From Smithellaceae bacterium (GTDB lineage: Bacteria; Desulfobacterota; Syntrophia; Syntrophales; Smithellaceae): a stretch of 64,000 nt of DNA. The stretch is from positions 4,821,245 to 4,885,244 of the forward strand of contig OY821638.1 in assembly GCA_963682105.1 (NCBI GenBank). The letters run 5' to 3'. This document shows, one piece after another, positions 1 through 8,954 of this stretch. A model generated the notes under the pieces. The model was not told where the DNA came from, ran no database searches, and worked only from the letters and a program-made list of their open reading frames with translations. The position numbers were made by a program, and so were the translations under genes. Position 1 is the stretch's first letter. Every line of letters starts with the position of its first letter.

Positions 1-1
1 T

Positions 2-991
2 GGTTCGGTTGGCGCATACCTGGCAGGTTTGGCCGAAAGGCCTGATTTCCTCATCTGCGGAGCGCCGGGCATCTGTGACACCAATGCCAATGCCATGCAG
101 TTCATGTCCGAGTATCTCAATATCCCGCTTTTTCAGCTCACCTTTCCTTCAAATCTGACGGGCAGAAGAATCACTGACTACCAGCGCACGGATTACAAGG
201 CTCTGATTGCATTTATAGAAGAACATGCCGGGGTCCGCCTGGATGAGGATAAACTCAGGTCCGTTCTTGAAGAGCACAGGCGCCAGGATGAGATCATCAA
301 CGAAATCTTTGACCTCACGAGACTGAAACCCTGTCCCATGCCGCCCATTTTCAACCTGTTCCTGTACAGCGGAAAGCTCCAGTCGTCGGGCAGGAAATCA
401 TTCACCACCCTTCTTGAATCCATGCTCGAAGTCGTAAGCGGAAATGCAAAGGCCGGAAGAGCCGGGACAACCTCGGGCAAAGAACGGGCGCGTCTGCTCA
501 TGTGCTACATTGACCATTACACGACGGACGGTCGTTTCTGGCAATGGCTGGACTCGCAGGAGATCAGCCTCCTGCCGACACTCATATTCACCTTTTTCAA
601 CAAGGGGATCAATTACGCGGAAGGCAGGGAGAGTCAGACCTACGAGATGAATACCTCCACCATGGATGCCATGCTTGACTCACTGGCGGACATCAACTCG
701 CGCATGCCCATGATCAAACAACTCCGGGGGCCGTATGATGCGGCAGGGCAGTGGCGGGAAGACCTCTTCTGCATGTCCAGGATCATGAAACCTGATCTGG
801 CGGTCTATATCGGCAGCATGGGATGCCGCAACAGCTATGGCGTAAACAAGCTGATCCAGCGCGATGCCGAGCGCTTTGGCCTGCCGACGCTGCTTTTGTT
901 CGCGGACGCCTTTGACGACCGCGTCGCGTCCTGGGAGTTCTGTGTAGACAAGATCAGCGAGTTCATGCACGTAAGGGGGATTGCCTCATGA
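2..991 (+). CDS. HGD-D family subunit (2-hydroxyacyl-CoA dehydratase / benzoyl-CoA reductase B/C type); 5' end lies outside the window
   Basis: The frame is open from nt 2 to the TTG at 29 that the ORF track used, so the gene starts upstream. The sequence (ICGAPGICDTNANAMQF, AVYIGSMGCRNSYGVNKL, LLLFADAFDDR) resembles the C-terminal two-thirds of HgdA/B-BcrB/C-type subunits. The stop overlaps the next start (ATGA at 988-991). Confidence 0.8.
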   Translation, partial: GSVGAYLAGLAERPDFLICGAPGICDTNANAMQFMSEYLNIPLFQLTFPSNLTGRRITDYQRTDYKALIAFIEEHAGVRLDEDKLRSVLEEHRRQDEIINEIFDLTRLKPCPMPPIFNLFLYSGKLQSSGRKSFTTLLESMLEVVSGNAKAGRAGTTSGKERARLLMCYIDHYTTDGRFWQWLDSQEISLLPTLIFTFFNKGINYAEGRESQTYEMNTSTMDAMLDSLADINSRMPMIKQLRGPYDAAGQWREDLFCMSRIMKPDLAVYIGSMGCRNSYGVNKLIQRDAERFGLPTLLLFADAFDDRVASWEFCVDKISEFMHVRGIAS

Positions 992-1770
992 TTGCAGCCG
1001 GATGCGATGTCGGTTCCCTGACCACCAAAGCGATCATTCTGAACAACACGCGGCTGCTGGGTCATGCCATTGTCCGGTCATCGGTCAACCCCGAGAAATC
1101 GGCTTACGAGGTCATGGAAAAGGCGCTTGCCTCCGCACGGCTTGCGATGGGTGACGTCGCCTTCTGCGTCGGGACAGGTTATGGAAGGGAGCGGATCGGT
1201 TTCGTGCAGAAGACCATTTCCGAAATTTCCTGCCATGCAAAGGGCGCTTATTTCCTCCAGCCGTCCATCCGCACGATCATCGATATCGGCGGACAGGACT
1301 GCAAGGCCATCCGCCTGGACGCAAAGGGGGAGATCGTCAAGTTCATCACCAATGACAAGTGTGCATCCGGCACCGGCAGATTTCTTGAAGTCATGGCGAA
1401 ACTCCTGGGTCTGAAACTCGATGAACTGGGAAGCATCTCGAATCAGGCCTCACAGCCGATCAACCTTGCCTCCACCTGCACGGTATGGGCCCAGGCGGAA
1501 GTCGTCATGCGCCTCAACGATGGCCTGTCCAAAGCGGATCTTGCTGCGGGCATCAATGATGCCATGGCCGCACGCGTTGCCATCCTGGCCCGCTCGGTGG
1601 GTCTCGAAAAGGATGTGTGCATGACAGGCGGCGTGGCGAAGAACACAGGAGTTCTTGAGGCCATGGAAAAGCAGTTGGGCATTCCCATGCGCAGGCTCAG
1701 AGTAGATCCCCAGATGATGGGCGCCCTGGGGGCGGCAGTGTTTGCCCGGGAAAAAACCGGAGGGAAATGA
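988..1770 (+). CDS. BcrAD_BadFG-type ATPase (HgdC / BcrA-BcrD-like electron-activating subunit), copy 1
   Basis: Carries the N-terminal GCDVGSLTTKA, DIGGQD, and the two cluster-cysteine contexts NDKCASGTGRF and STCTVWAQAEV typical of HgdC/BcrAD. ATGA overlaps couple it to both neighbours. Confidence 0.9.
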   Translation: MIAAGCDVGSLTTKAIILNNTRLLGHAIVRSSVNPEKSAYEVMEKALASARLAMGDVAFCVGTGYGRERIGFVQKTISEISCHAKGAYFLQPSIRTIIDIGGQDCKAIRLDAKGEIVKFITNDKCASGTGRFLEVMAKLLGLKLDELGSISNQASQPINLASTCTVWAQAEVVMRLNDGLSKADLAAGINDAMAARVAILARSVGLEKDVCMTGGVAKNTGVLEAMEKQLGIPMRRLRVDPQMMGALGAAVFAREKTGGK

Positions 1771-2555
1771 TGTTTGTAGCGGGATGCGATATCGGATCTT
1801 TAAGCGCCAAGGCCGTCATCATGAAAGATGACCGTATTGTCGCCTCTTCCGTCATCTTCGCGAGGCCGGAGCCGGAAGAATCGGCCCGGGTGGTTATGGA
1901 AGAGGCTTTGAAGAAGGCCGGTTTGTCCATGGATGAGATCGCCTGTTGCGTGGGTACGGGATACGGCAGGAACGCCATTCCCTTTGCCCGGGCCGTGGAG
2001 TCGGAGATCGCCTGCCACGGGAAGGCTGCCCAGTGGCTCAAACCCCAGGTCCGCATGGTCATCGATATCGGGGGCCAGGACGCCAAGGCCATCCGGATCG
2101 ATGAAACGGGCAAGGTCGTTCGCTACGCATACAATGACCGGTGCGCCTCCGGCACGGGCAGGTTCCTTGAGGTGATGGCGGGTTCCATGGGCATCGATCT
2201 CGACGCCATGGGTGATATTTCATTCCAGGCAAGGAATCCCGTCTCTCTGTCCAACCAGTGCGTGGTTTTCGCCGAGACCGAGATCATATCGCTCATCAAT
2301 GAGGGCAGGGACCTTGCGGATATTGTGGGCGGACTGCACAAGGCTTTGTCCCATCGGGTGGCATCGCTGGCCAGGAGCATCGAACTTGAAAGTGAAATCA
2401 CTTTGACAGGGGGGGTGGCGAAAAACCGGGGCATGTTTTGCGCCCTTCAGGAAGCCCTCGGAGTAAAACTGGTCCGTATGGACACGGACCCCCAGATCAT
2501 CGGCGCTGTCGGTGCTGCCCTCATGGCCGGACGGGCAGCCGCCGGGAACGGGTGA
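1767..2555 (+). CDS. BcrAD_BadFG-type ATPase, copy 2 (distinct paralog, tandem with copy 1)
   Basis: Carries GCDIGSLSAKA, DIGGQD, NDRCASGTGRF and NQCVVFAETE. Two different tandem ATPase genes is the arrangement seen in class I benzoyl-CoA reductases (BcrA/BcrD). Confidence 0.9.
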   Translation: MMFVAGCDIGSLSAKAVIMKDDRIVASSVIFARPEPEESARVVMEEALKKAGLSMDEIACCVGTGYGRNAIPFARAVESEIACHGKAAQWLKPQVRMVIDIGGQDAKAIRIDETGKVVRYAYNDRCASGTGRFLEVMAGSMGIDLDAMGDISFQARNPVSLSNQCVVFAETEIISLINEGRDLADIVGGLHKALSHRVASLARSIELESEITLTGGVAKNRGMFCALQEALGVKLVRMDTDPQIIGAVGAALMAGRAAAGNG

Positions 2556-3301
2556 CAGACACAGTGGAACTCTTTACTGAAACCATTTCCGCCGTGCGTG
2601 CTTTTGTCTCACAGACATCCGGCCTGCGATCCTGGATAGCTGATCCGAAACCATCCTGGCCCCCGGGCGGCGGACGGAATATCGTGTTCAAAGAAGACCT
2701 GGGCCTCGAGCTGGGCAGCCCGCAGAAGGAATCCGTATCTTGCCTTCTGTGGACCCATGATCTTGCTTCCATTGAAAACAACAAAGTGATTCTCGTGGGG
2801 CCTGACTTCCCTGAAAGCATGGAACAAAGCCTCCCCTTCGGGAAAGTGGTTCTGGCGGGCGTGGAGGGGTTCACGGAAGACGGCGCCTATGACCTGCACA
2901 AAGATTTGGATTTCCTCCGGTACAGCATCGACCTCAGGGGTTTCATGATGAGGTCTGCATCCCAGTACATGAGGGAATGGTGCCGGATCAGCACTGAAGC
3001 GATCCGGCAGGGCTTTTCCGCTCGTATCCTGGGCTCGGCCCTCATTGGCCTTTTTCTTGAAAAACCCTTTGTGAAGGCCGTGGAAGTCATTTATCTCACC
3101 TCCAGCCCCGAGGATGTGGTCAGGCTCAGGGAGATTACCTCGCCGGCCGAAAAGGTCATCGCAGCCATGAACAAGATGGCCTCGGAAATGGATTTCGAAT
3201 GTGCAAGCTGCGACTACCAGGAGGTATGTGACGATGCCTCCCAGCTCAAGGCCATGCGGGAAAGGCTCATGAAAAAGTCACAGGAGGCCTACGTTGAATG
3301 A
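2552..3301 (+). CDS. Acetyl-CoA synthase (AcsB/CdhC family) middle-domain-like protein, truncated, ending in CxxCx5C
   Basis: I start it at the in-frame GTG at 2552, which overlaps the upstream stop (GTGA); the ORF-track start at 2438 would overlap the ATPase gene by 118 nt. By eye, ILVGPDFPE...LPFGKVVLAG and RISTEAIRQGFSARILG...VEVIYLTSS resemble the ACS middle domain. The C-terminus is FECASCDYQEVC. Function is uncertain. Confidence 0.55.
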   Translation: MTDTVELFTETISAVRAFVSQTSGLRSWIADPKPSWPPGGGRNIVFKEDLGLELGSPQKESVSCLLWTHDLASIENNKVILVGPDFPESMEQSLPFGKVVLAGVEGFTEDGAYDLHKDLDFLRYSIDLRGFMMRSASQYMREWCRISTEAIRQGFSARILGSALIGLFLEKPFVKAVEVIYLTSSPEDVVRLREITSPAEKVIAAMNKMASEMDFECASCDYQEVCDDASQLKAMRERLMKKSQEAYVE

Positions 3302-4064
3302 CACCAGGATAGTGGCGATGTGCGGCAAGGGGGGCGTGGGGAAGACCTCCATTTCCGCGCTCATGGTAAAAAAACTCTCGGAGTCGAACCACCGGAAAGT
3401 TCTCGCCATTGATGCGGATCCTGCCGCGGGGCTTGCAACATCCCTGGGCATCTCCGTGCGCAAGACGGTGGATGATATCCGGAGAGATCTCATCTCAAAG
3501 ATCCGCAAAGGTGATGCGCCGGAAAACCGCCGGACACTGGAGTTGCTCGATTACGAGGTGTTCGACGCCCTCGAAGAACAAAACGGGTATGTCCTGCTCG
3601 CTATCGGAAGGCCTGAAGATGAAGGTTGCTTCTGCAAGGTGAACAACCTGCTCAAGGATATTATCCGTGACCTGACCGGCAAGTTCGATACCGTGCTCAT
3701 CGACGGAGAGGCCGGCATTGAACAGATCAACAGGCGCGTCATGAAGACCGTGGACCATCTGGTCCTTGTCTCGGACACCTCGGTAAAGGGCATCGGTGTG
3801 GCCAATACCATAGCCCTCGTGGCCTCTGATAAAAGGGCCGTCGACTTCAAGCGCATGGGCCTGATCCTCAACCGGGTGAGGGGCGAAGCAGAGGCCCTCG
3901 ACATCAGCCACAGGACAAATCTGGAGATTTACGGATGGCTGTCTGACGACGAGGCCATTCGGGATTTCGATTTCAGGGGCGCCCCCCTGACATCCATGCC
4001 CGAAAACTCACCCAGCCTGGAAATTGTCTCGGATATCCTGAGGAAGATGAATCTCGTTACATAA
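3294..4064 (+). CDS. CooC/AcsF-like MinD-family P-loop ATPase (metallocentre maturation type)
   Basis: TTG start 6 nt after AGGAGG (3282-3287). Has the deviant Walker A CGKGGVGKTS, and a GCFCK (CxC) motif at the position of the CooC metal-binding CxC. Overlaps the upstream gene by 8 nt. Confidence 0.8.
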   Translation: MNDTRIVAMCGKGGVGKTSISALMVKKLSESNHRKVLAIDADPAAGLATSLGISVRKTVDDIRRDLISKIRKGDAPENRRTLELLDYEVFDALEEQNGYVLLAIGRPEDEGCFCKVNNLLKDIIRDLTGKFDTVLIDGEAGIEQINRRVMKTVDHLVLVSDTSVKGIGVANTIALVASDKRAVDFKRMGLILNRVRGEAEALDISHRTNLEIYGWLSDDEAIRDFDFRGAPLTSMPENSPSLEIVSDILRKMNLVT

Positions 4065-5228
4065 ATGACATGGGTCGGGAGGGGGGATGCATTGAAAACA
4101 GATCAACCAAAGATCATGAAGGTGTTTGAAGGTCTTCTGGAAAATCCCCAGAACCGCCTGGTCGAGCAGGCGGCACAAAGCGGGCGTATACCCATCGGGT
4201 ATTCCTGCTCATTCGTTCCCGAACCCCTTCTCATGGCGGACAGGCTCTTCCCGGTGCGTCTCCATGCCATGGGAGTGGCGGGGACGGAGCTTGCCGACAA
4301 TTATCTCTCCAGTCTGCTCTGCTCATACACCCGCAGCATCCTTGAGTTTGCCATGGATGACAGGTACGACCTTATCCGGGGGTGGGTATTCGTTCCGTCG
4401 TGCGCGCACATGCAGCGCCTCACGGACAACCTTGACTATCTCAAGAAACCTTCCTTCATCCATGTTATCGACGTACCGCGCAAAGTGAACAGCGCCACCG
4501 TGGCATGGCAGACAGAAGAGCTTCGTATGCTTGCAGATAAGCTTTCAGAGCATTTCAACGTCGATATAAGTGATCATGCGCTTATGAAGGCCATCGAAGA
4601 GTGGAATCATTTCTGCTCCGTTGTAAGTAAAATCGGAGACCTAAGGAAAAGACCGAATCCTCCCATCACAGGGACCGAATTTCATTGTGCGGTTATGGCG
4701 TCCCTTGCCTCGCCCAAAGACCTGATTCTTCCGTATCTCGAGGCCCTGCACGATGAAATCAAACATCAGGATGCTAAAGAAAAATACCGTGCCCGTCTCA
4801 TGGTGGCAGGCGGCCATCTTCATGACCCTGAGTTCATCCGCGTCATCGAGTCCCAAGGTGGACTTGTAGTAGCCGACCGCTTCTGCACCGGTTCCATACC
4901 CGGCCTCAATCCCGTCAAGGTCAATGGTGACCCCTTCAGGTCACTGGCGGAACAATCCTTTGAGAAGGCACGCTGCCCGCGCATGATGGAAGATTTCGAG
5001 CACCGTCTTAAACTCATCATTGATACGGTAAAGGAATACAAGGTGGATGGCGTTGTGCTCGAGGTTATCAAGTTCTGCGACCTCTGGGGGGTGGATGCCA
5101 TGCCGCTCGTGAGCGCCCTGCGCAACGAAGGCATCCCGGTGCTGAAACTGGAGCGTGAATACCGCCTCGGCAGTGAAGGCCAGCTCCGCACCCGGGTCCA
5201 GGCATTCATTGAGAGTATGGGCAGATAG
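4065..5228 (+). CDS. HGD-D family subunit (HgdB/BcrC-like), module 2 small subunit
   Basis: The motifs IGYSCSFVPEPLL, VFVPSCAHMQRL and DGVVLEVIKFCDLWG are typical of dehydratase/BCR beta-type subunits. An alternative start is TTG 4092, 5 nt after GGGAGGGGGG (4077-4086). Confidence 0.85.
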   Translation: MTWVGRGDALKTDQPKIMKVFEGLLENPQNRLVEQAAQSGRIPIGYSCSFVPEPLLMADRLFPVRLHAMGVAGTELADNYLSSLLCSYTRSILEFAMDDRYDLIRGWVFVPSCAHMQRLTDNLDYLKKPSFIHVIDVPRKVNSATVAWQTEELRMLADKLSEHFNVDISDHALMKAIEEWNHFCSVVSKIGDLRKRPNPPITGTEFHCAVMASLASPKDLILPYLEALHDEIKHQDAKEKYRARLMVAGGHLHDPEFIRVIESQGGLVVADRFCTGSIPGLNPVKVNGDPFRSLAEQSFEKARCPRMMEDFEHRLKLIIDTVKEYKVDGVVLEVIKFCDLWGVDAMPLVSALRNEGIPVLKLEREYRLGSEGQLRTRVQAFIESMGR

Positions 5229-5255
5229 TGGTTTGAAAATGGAGGAATCCCGGAA

Positions 5256-6767
5256 ATGACAAACACACGTGCATACCCAAAATCTCTGGTCATGAGACTG
5301 TCGGAGACGGGGAAAAGGTTATGGCAGACATCCCTGCCGGAATATCTCATGAACTCGCCGGACCTGAATGCCGCGCTCACCTATATGAAATACTGGGCGC
5401 TCAACTACAACGAAATCGGAAAGTTCGGAATCGAATGTGCTGTCAAGCTAGGCCCTGTGGGTGCCATCCAGATGATCATCAACAGTCCCTGGCTTTTGAC
5501 CCTGCTGAAGATAAACGGCCTGATGAGGCGTTATGGCCGCGGCAGGAAAGGTCTGTACCTGGAGTCTGTCTGCATGACGCTGAACACCATCGTCACAGGA
5601 ACCAACGACACCTTGAGGCAGATGTTTTTTTATCCTGATAGACTGGTCATCATCGAGGATCTGGTGCCAACGGATATCATGCATGCCATGGGGCTTGCCG
5701 CCTACCAGCTCGAGGGAATGGGAATTATGCTTCCCATCATCGATCAGAACGCGGCCACGAAGTACATCGACGAGGCGGAAAACGAGGGCATGAATCCCGA
5801 TGCCTGTAGCCTGCCAAAAACGACCGTAGGCATGGTTCTTAAGGGCCACATGCCCAAGGGTCTTGCTCTCGTGAGTTCAAATCTTCCTTGTGATGCAGGG
5901 GCAGCCTCATATTCCTTCTTTCAGCGTGCGTACAATATTCCCATCTACCGAGTCGATGTACCATACCATTTCTACAATGAGCGGGCGGAAAACCTTTTCA
6001 TTGAAGATGTGAAGGGCATGATTGCCTGGCTCGAAAAACACACACCCGGCCGCATGGACTGGGATCGTTTCCGGGATATCTGCGAGAACCGCAACCGCAT
6101 GCTGGAACTTGAGCTTGAGCTGTGGGACATGCTGCGTGCACGACCCGCCCCTCTTGCGTCAGAGGCCGTATGGCTGAGCCACCTCTGGCACTATAATGTG
6201 ACACCGGATTATAAAACGTCTGTTCATCTCTTCGAGAATCTGGTGAAGATGGCCAGGAAAAACCTTGAGACCAATACCCCGGCCACGGAGAATGAACGGT
6301 ACCGAACCATCGTGTGGAACCCTCCCTTCCTCCATTTTTCCGACATTTTCAACTGGGCCGAGCGGACCTATGGTCTGACGCTTATGAACGACAGCATGTC
6401 CTATCACCATCACACGCCCATCGACACCTCCACGCCCGAATCTATGTTACGTGGTTGGAGCAGGATCGTCATGCAGGGTCCCATGGTTCGTCATACCCGG
6501 GGACCGGCCGAAAATTACCTCGACGATATTTTCCGCGCACATAAGCAGTTCGATCTTGACATGATATGGATTGCCAACCATGTGGGTTGCAAGGGCGGAC
6601 AGGCCATGAATGGTATTCTGCGTGAAAAATGCCGTGAGAAGAGAATACCTCTGCTAATTCTCGATTACGACCTTAGCGACCCGAGAATTGTTTCCCACGA
6701 CAACATGAAACGGCAGGTGGAGCATTTCATGGACAATGTCATGAAAGCGCCTCGCCTTAAACACTAG
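5256..6767 (+). CDS. HGD-D family subunit (HgdA/BcrB-like), module 2 large subunit
   Basis: 503 aa. Carries NPDACSLPKTTVG, SSNLPCDAGAASY and IWIANHVGCKGGQAMNG, typical of alpha-type subunits. GGAGGA lies 9 nt upstream of the ATG. Confidence 0.85.
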   Translation: MTNTRAYPKSLVMRLSETGKRLWQTSLPEYLMNSPDLNAALTYMKYWALNYNEIGKFGIECAVKLGPVGAIQMIINSPWLLTLLKINGLMRRYGRGRKGLYLESVCMTLNTIVTGTNDTLRQMFFYPDRLVIIEDLVPTDIMHAMGLAAYQLEGMGIMLPIIDQNAATKYIDEAENEGMNPDACSLPKTTVGMVLKGHMPKGLALVSSNLPCDAGAASYSFFQRAYNIPIYRVDVPYHFYNERAENLFIEDVKGMIAWLEKHTPGRMDWDRFRDICENRNRMLELELELWDMLRARPAPLASEAVWLSHLWHYNVTPDYKTSVHLFENLVKMARKNLETNTPATENERYRTIVWNPPFLHFSDIFNWAERTYGLTLMNDSMSYHHHTPIDTSTPESMLRGWSRIVMQGPMVRHTRGPAENYLDDIFRAHKQFDLDMIWIANHVGCKGGQAMNGILREKCREKRIPLLILDYDLSDPRIVSHDNMKRQVEHFMDNVMKAPRLKH

Positions 6768-6781
6768 CTGGAGAGCTCTAA

Positions 6782-8092
6782 ATGCATGCAATCGAAGATG
6801 CTCAACTGTATCGGAAGCTTGGGGGAAAAATAGACAACCTTCACGTGAGGGCGCCCTGGAATGAAACCTGGCACAGCATTCTTAAGGAGCTCTACACCAC
6901 GGATGAGGCCGACGTTGTAGTAAAAATGCCCTACACTTTATCTACACTGGAGCGAATCTCAAAGGTCACCAACGTTTCGCAGACCCGTCTGCAGGGCATC
7001 CTGGAAGGACTGTGCGCCAAGGGGCTTATCCTGGATCTCTGGAATGAAGATCTTGGACGGTTCTTCTATATGCCAAATCCCATAGCCATAGGGATCTTCG
7101 AATTTACGATGATGAGGTCCGGCAACGATCTAAATATGAAGAAGTGGGCCAGGCTCTTTCACGAATACTTCGGCTCCGTTCATGCAGCGAATTTTTCGCA
7201 TCATGAGCAGGTCTCCGCGCTAAGAGTTATCCCCGTCGAAGAATCGGTGAAAGAAGGCCATTACATGGAATTTTTCGGTTACGAAAAAGCCACATCGCTC
7301 ATTGAGAACGCCGGAAAACTGGCCATCGGCGTGTGCTCCTGCAGGAACGAAAAGCTGCATACCGGCATGAAAGAATGCGATGCTCCGCTGGATACCTGCA
7401 GTTTTTTAGGAATCGGTGCGGACTATGCGATCAGAAACAACTTTGCACGAGAGGTCACGAAATCCGAGATGCTGGATAATCTTGCCCGGTCCAGGGAATA
7501 CGACCTCGTGTTCTGTGCCGTGAACACCCGGAAGAACCCCATGGCTATCTGTCATTGCTGCAAATGCTGCTGTAATTTTCTGGGCGGCCTGACCCGCTAC
7601 GGGTATTCGAACAGTGTCATCACTTCAAGTTTTATTTCAAGTATCGATGCGGGAAAGTGCACGGGGTGCGGGAAATGCGTGAAGGTGTGTCCGGTGAACG
7701 CATTGAGCCTGGTTTCTGCACATGATCCTGAAAATAATAAAAGGAAGACGGTTCAGCTCAATACAGAGAGATGCCTGGGCTGCGGGCTATGCCCGGCAAA
7801 GTGTGCGACCGCAGCGATAGAGATGATGCTGCGCACCGGTGAAGTACTTCACCCCGAATCCATGTTCGAGGTGACCATCCTCGCATCGCTGGAACGCGGC
7901 ACGCTGCAGAATCAGATCTTCGACAACCCCCAGAGTGTGCCCCAGGAATTCATGAGGTCTTTTGTGGGTGCGTGCCTAAGACTGTCCCCGGTCAAGAGGG
8001 CCTTGATGAGCGATACATTCAGATCCACTTTTCTGAGAACCGCGAAGTTGACCGCGAAGTTTCAGGGCAAGGGATGGATGCTGGATATTTAG
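6782..8092 (+). CDS. Multi-cluster Fe-S protein: Cys-run CHCCKCCC plus a C-terminal 2x[4Fe-4S] ferredoxin domain
   Basis: CTGCGKCVKVCP and CLGCGLCPAKC are classical ferredoxin motifs. Additional cysteine groups are CSCRNEKLHTGMKEC and AICHCCKCCCNF. The N-terminal ~100 aa look winged-helix-like (weak evidence). Confidence 0.7.
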   Translation: MHAIEDAQLYRKLGGKIDNLHVRAPWNETWHSILKELYTTDEADVVVKMPYTLSTLERISKVTNVSQTRLQGILEGLCAKGLILDLWNEDLGRFFYMPNPIAIGIFEFTMMRSGNDLNMKKWARLFHEYFGSVHAANFSHHEQVSALRVIPVEESVKEGHYMEFFGYEKATSLIENAGKLAIGVCSCRNEKLHTGMKECDAPLDTCSFLGIGADYAIRNNFAREVTKSEMLDNLARSREYDLVFCAVNTRKNPMAICHCCKCCCNFLGGLTRYGYSNSVITSSFISSIDAGKCTGCGKCVKVCPVNALSLVSAHDPENNKRKTVQLNTERCLGCGLCPAKCATAAIEMMLRTGEVLHPESMFEVTILASLERGTLQNQIFDNPQSVPQEFMRSFVGACLRLSPVKRALMSDTFRSTFLRTAKLTAKFQGKGWMLDI

Positions 8093-8129
8093 TTCCGGCG
8101 CCATGAAATCATCACGACAGGAGAAGAAT

Positions 8130-8924
8130 ATGACAAAAAAGTATTTCGGCGGATGCGATGTGGGGTCGACAACAGGAAAAGCCGTGATCATCGATGAAGG
8201 CGACAACATCGTCGCCTCCTCCATTGTGCCGAGTGAAATCGACCCTGAGCTGACATCCACGCTCGCCCTTGAAAAAGCCTGTACGCAGATCCAGGGGCTT
8301 AGTGGGCGTGAGGGTCTCCATTATCTGATAGGTACGGGCTACGGCCGTAATGAAGTGCCCTTTGCCCATGAGAACATATCGGAGATCAGTTGTCATGCCA
8401 TGGGCGCATTTTTCTGCAAGCCGGAGATCAAGACCATTGTGGATATCGGCGGTCAGGACGTGAAGGCGATTGCTGTTGACGGCAACGGGTCAGTCATGGA
8501 GTTCGCCATGAACGATAAGTGCGCGGCAGGCACCGGCAGGTTCTTCGAGGCGATGAGCCGGATCTTCCGCATGGATCTTGAGAAGTTTTCAGATCTTTCC
8601 CTGAAGGCGAACAGGATTATCCCGGTAACGGCTCAATGCAGTGTCTTTGCCGAAAGCGAGGTCATCAGTCTTCTGGCCAGAAAGAATCCACCCGATGAGA
8701 TTGCCGCCGGCATCCAGACCGCCGTGTCCAAACGCTGTTTCACCCTGCTCAAGCGTATCGGCATGCGCCCCCAGGTGACGGTTACGGGCGGTTGTGCGAA
8801 GAACAGGGGCCTCATCAAGGCGCTCGCCGGCATCATCAATATGGACGTAACCAGCCTCCCCGTAGACCCTCAGATTATAGGTGCCCTGGGGGCGGCGGTG
8901 TATGCAAAGCAAAAAGGAATGTAA
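8130..8924 (+). CDS. BcrAD_BadFG-type ATPase, copy 3 (HgdC-like activator for module 2)
   Basis: Start moved to ATG 8130, 6 nt after AGGAG. Carries GCDVGSTTGKA, DIGGQD, NDKCAAGTGRF and AQCSVFAESE. Confidence 0.9.
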   Translation: MTKKYFGGCDVGSTTGKAVIIDEGDNIVASSIVPSEIDPELTSTLALEKACTQIQGLSGREGLHYLIGTGYGRNEVPFAHENISEISCHAMGAFFCKPEIKTIVDIGGQDVKAIAVDGNGSVMEFAMNDKCAAGTGRFFEAMSRIFRMDLEKFSDLSLKANRIIPVTAQCSVFAESEVISLLARKNPPDEIAAGIQTAVSKRCFTLLKRIGMRPQVTVTGGCAKNRGLIKALAGIINMDVTSLPVDPQIIGALGAAVYAKQKGM

Positions 8925-8954
8925 ACCAATATATGATGAAAGGATGGAGGAGCA

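Noticed and set aside
2438-2551. N-terminal extension of the ORF-track entry 2438-3301
   Set aside because: It would overlap the preceding ATPase gene by 118 nt and encodes an Arg/Pro/Gly-rich stretch. The in-frame GTG at 2552 forms a GTGA overlap with the upstream stop, consistent with the coupling used throughout the operon.
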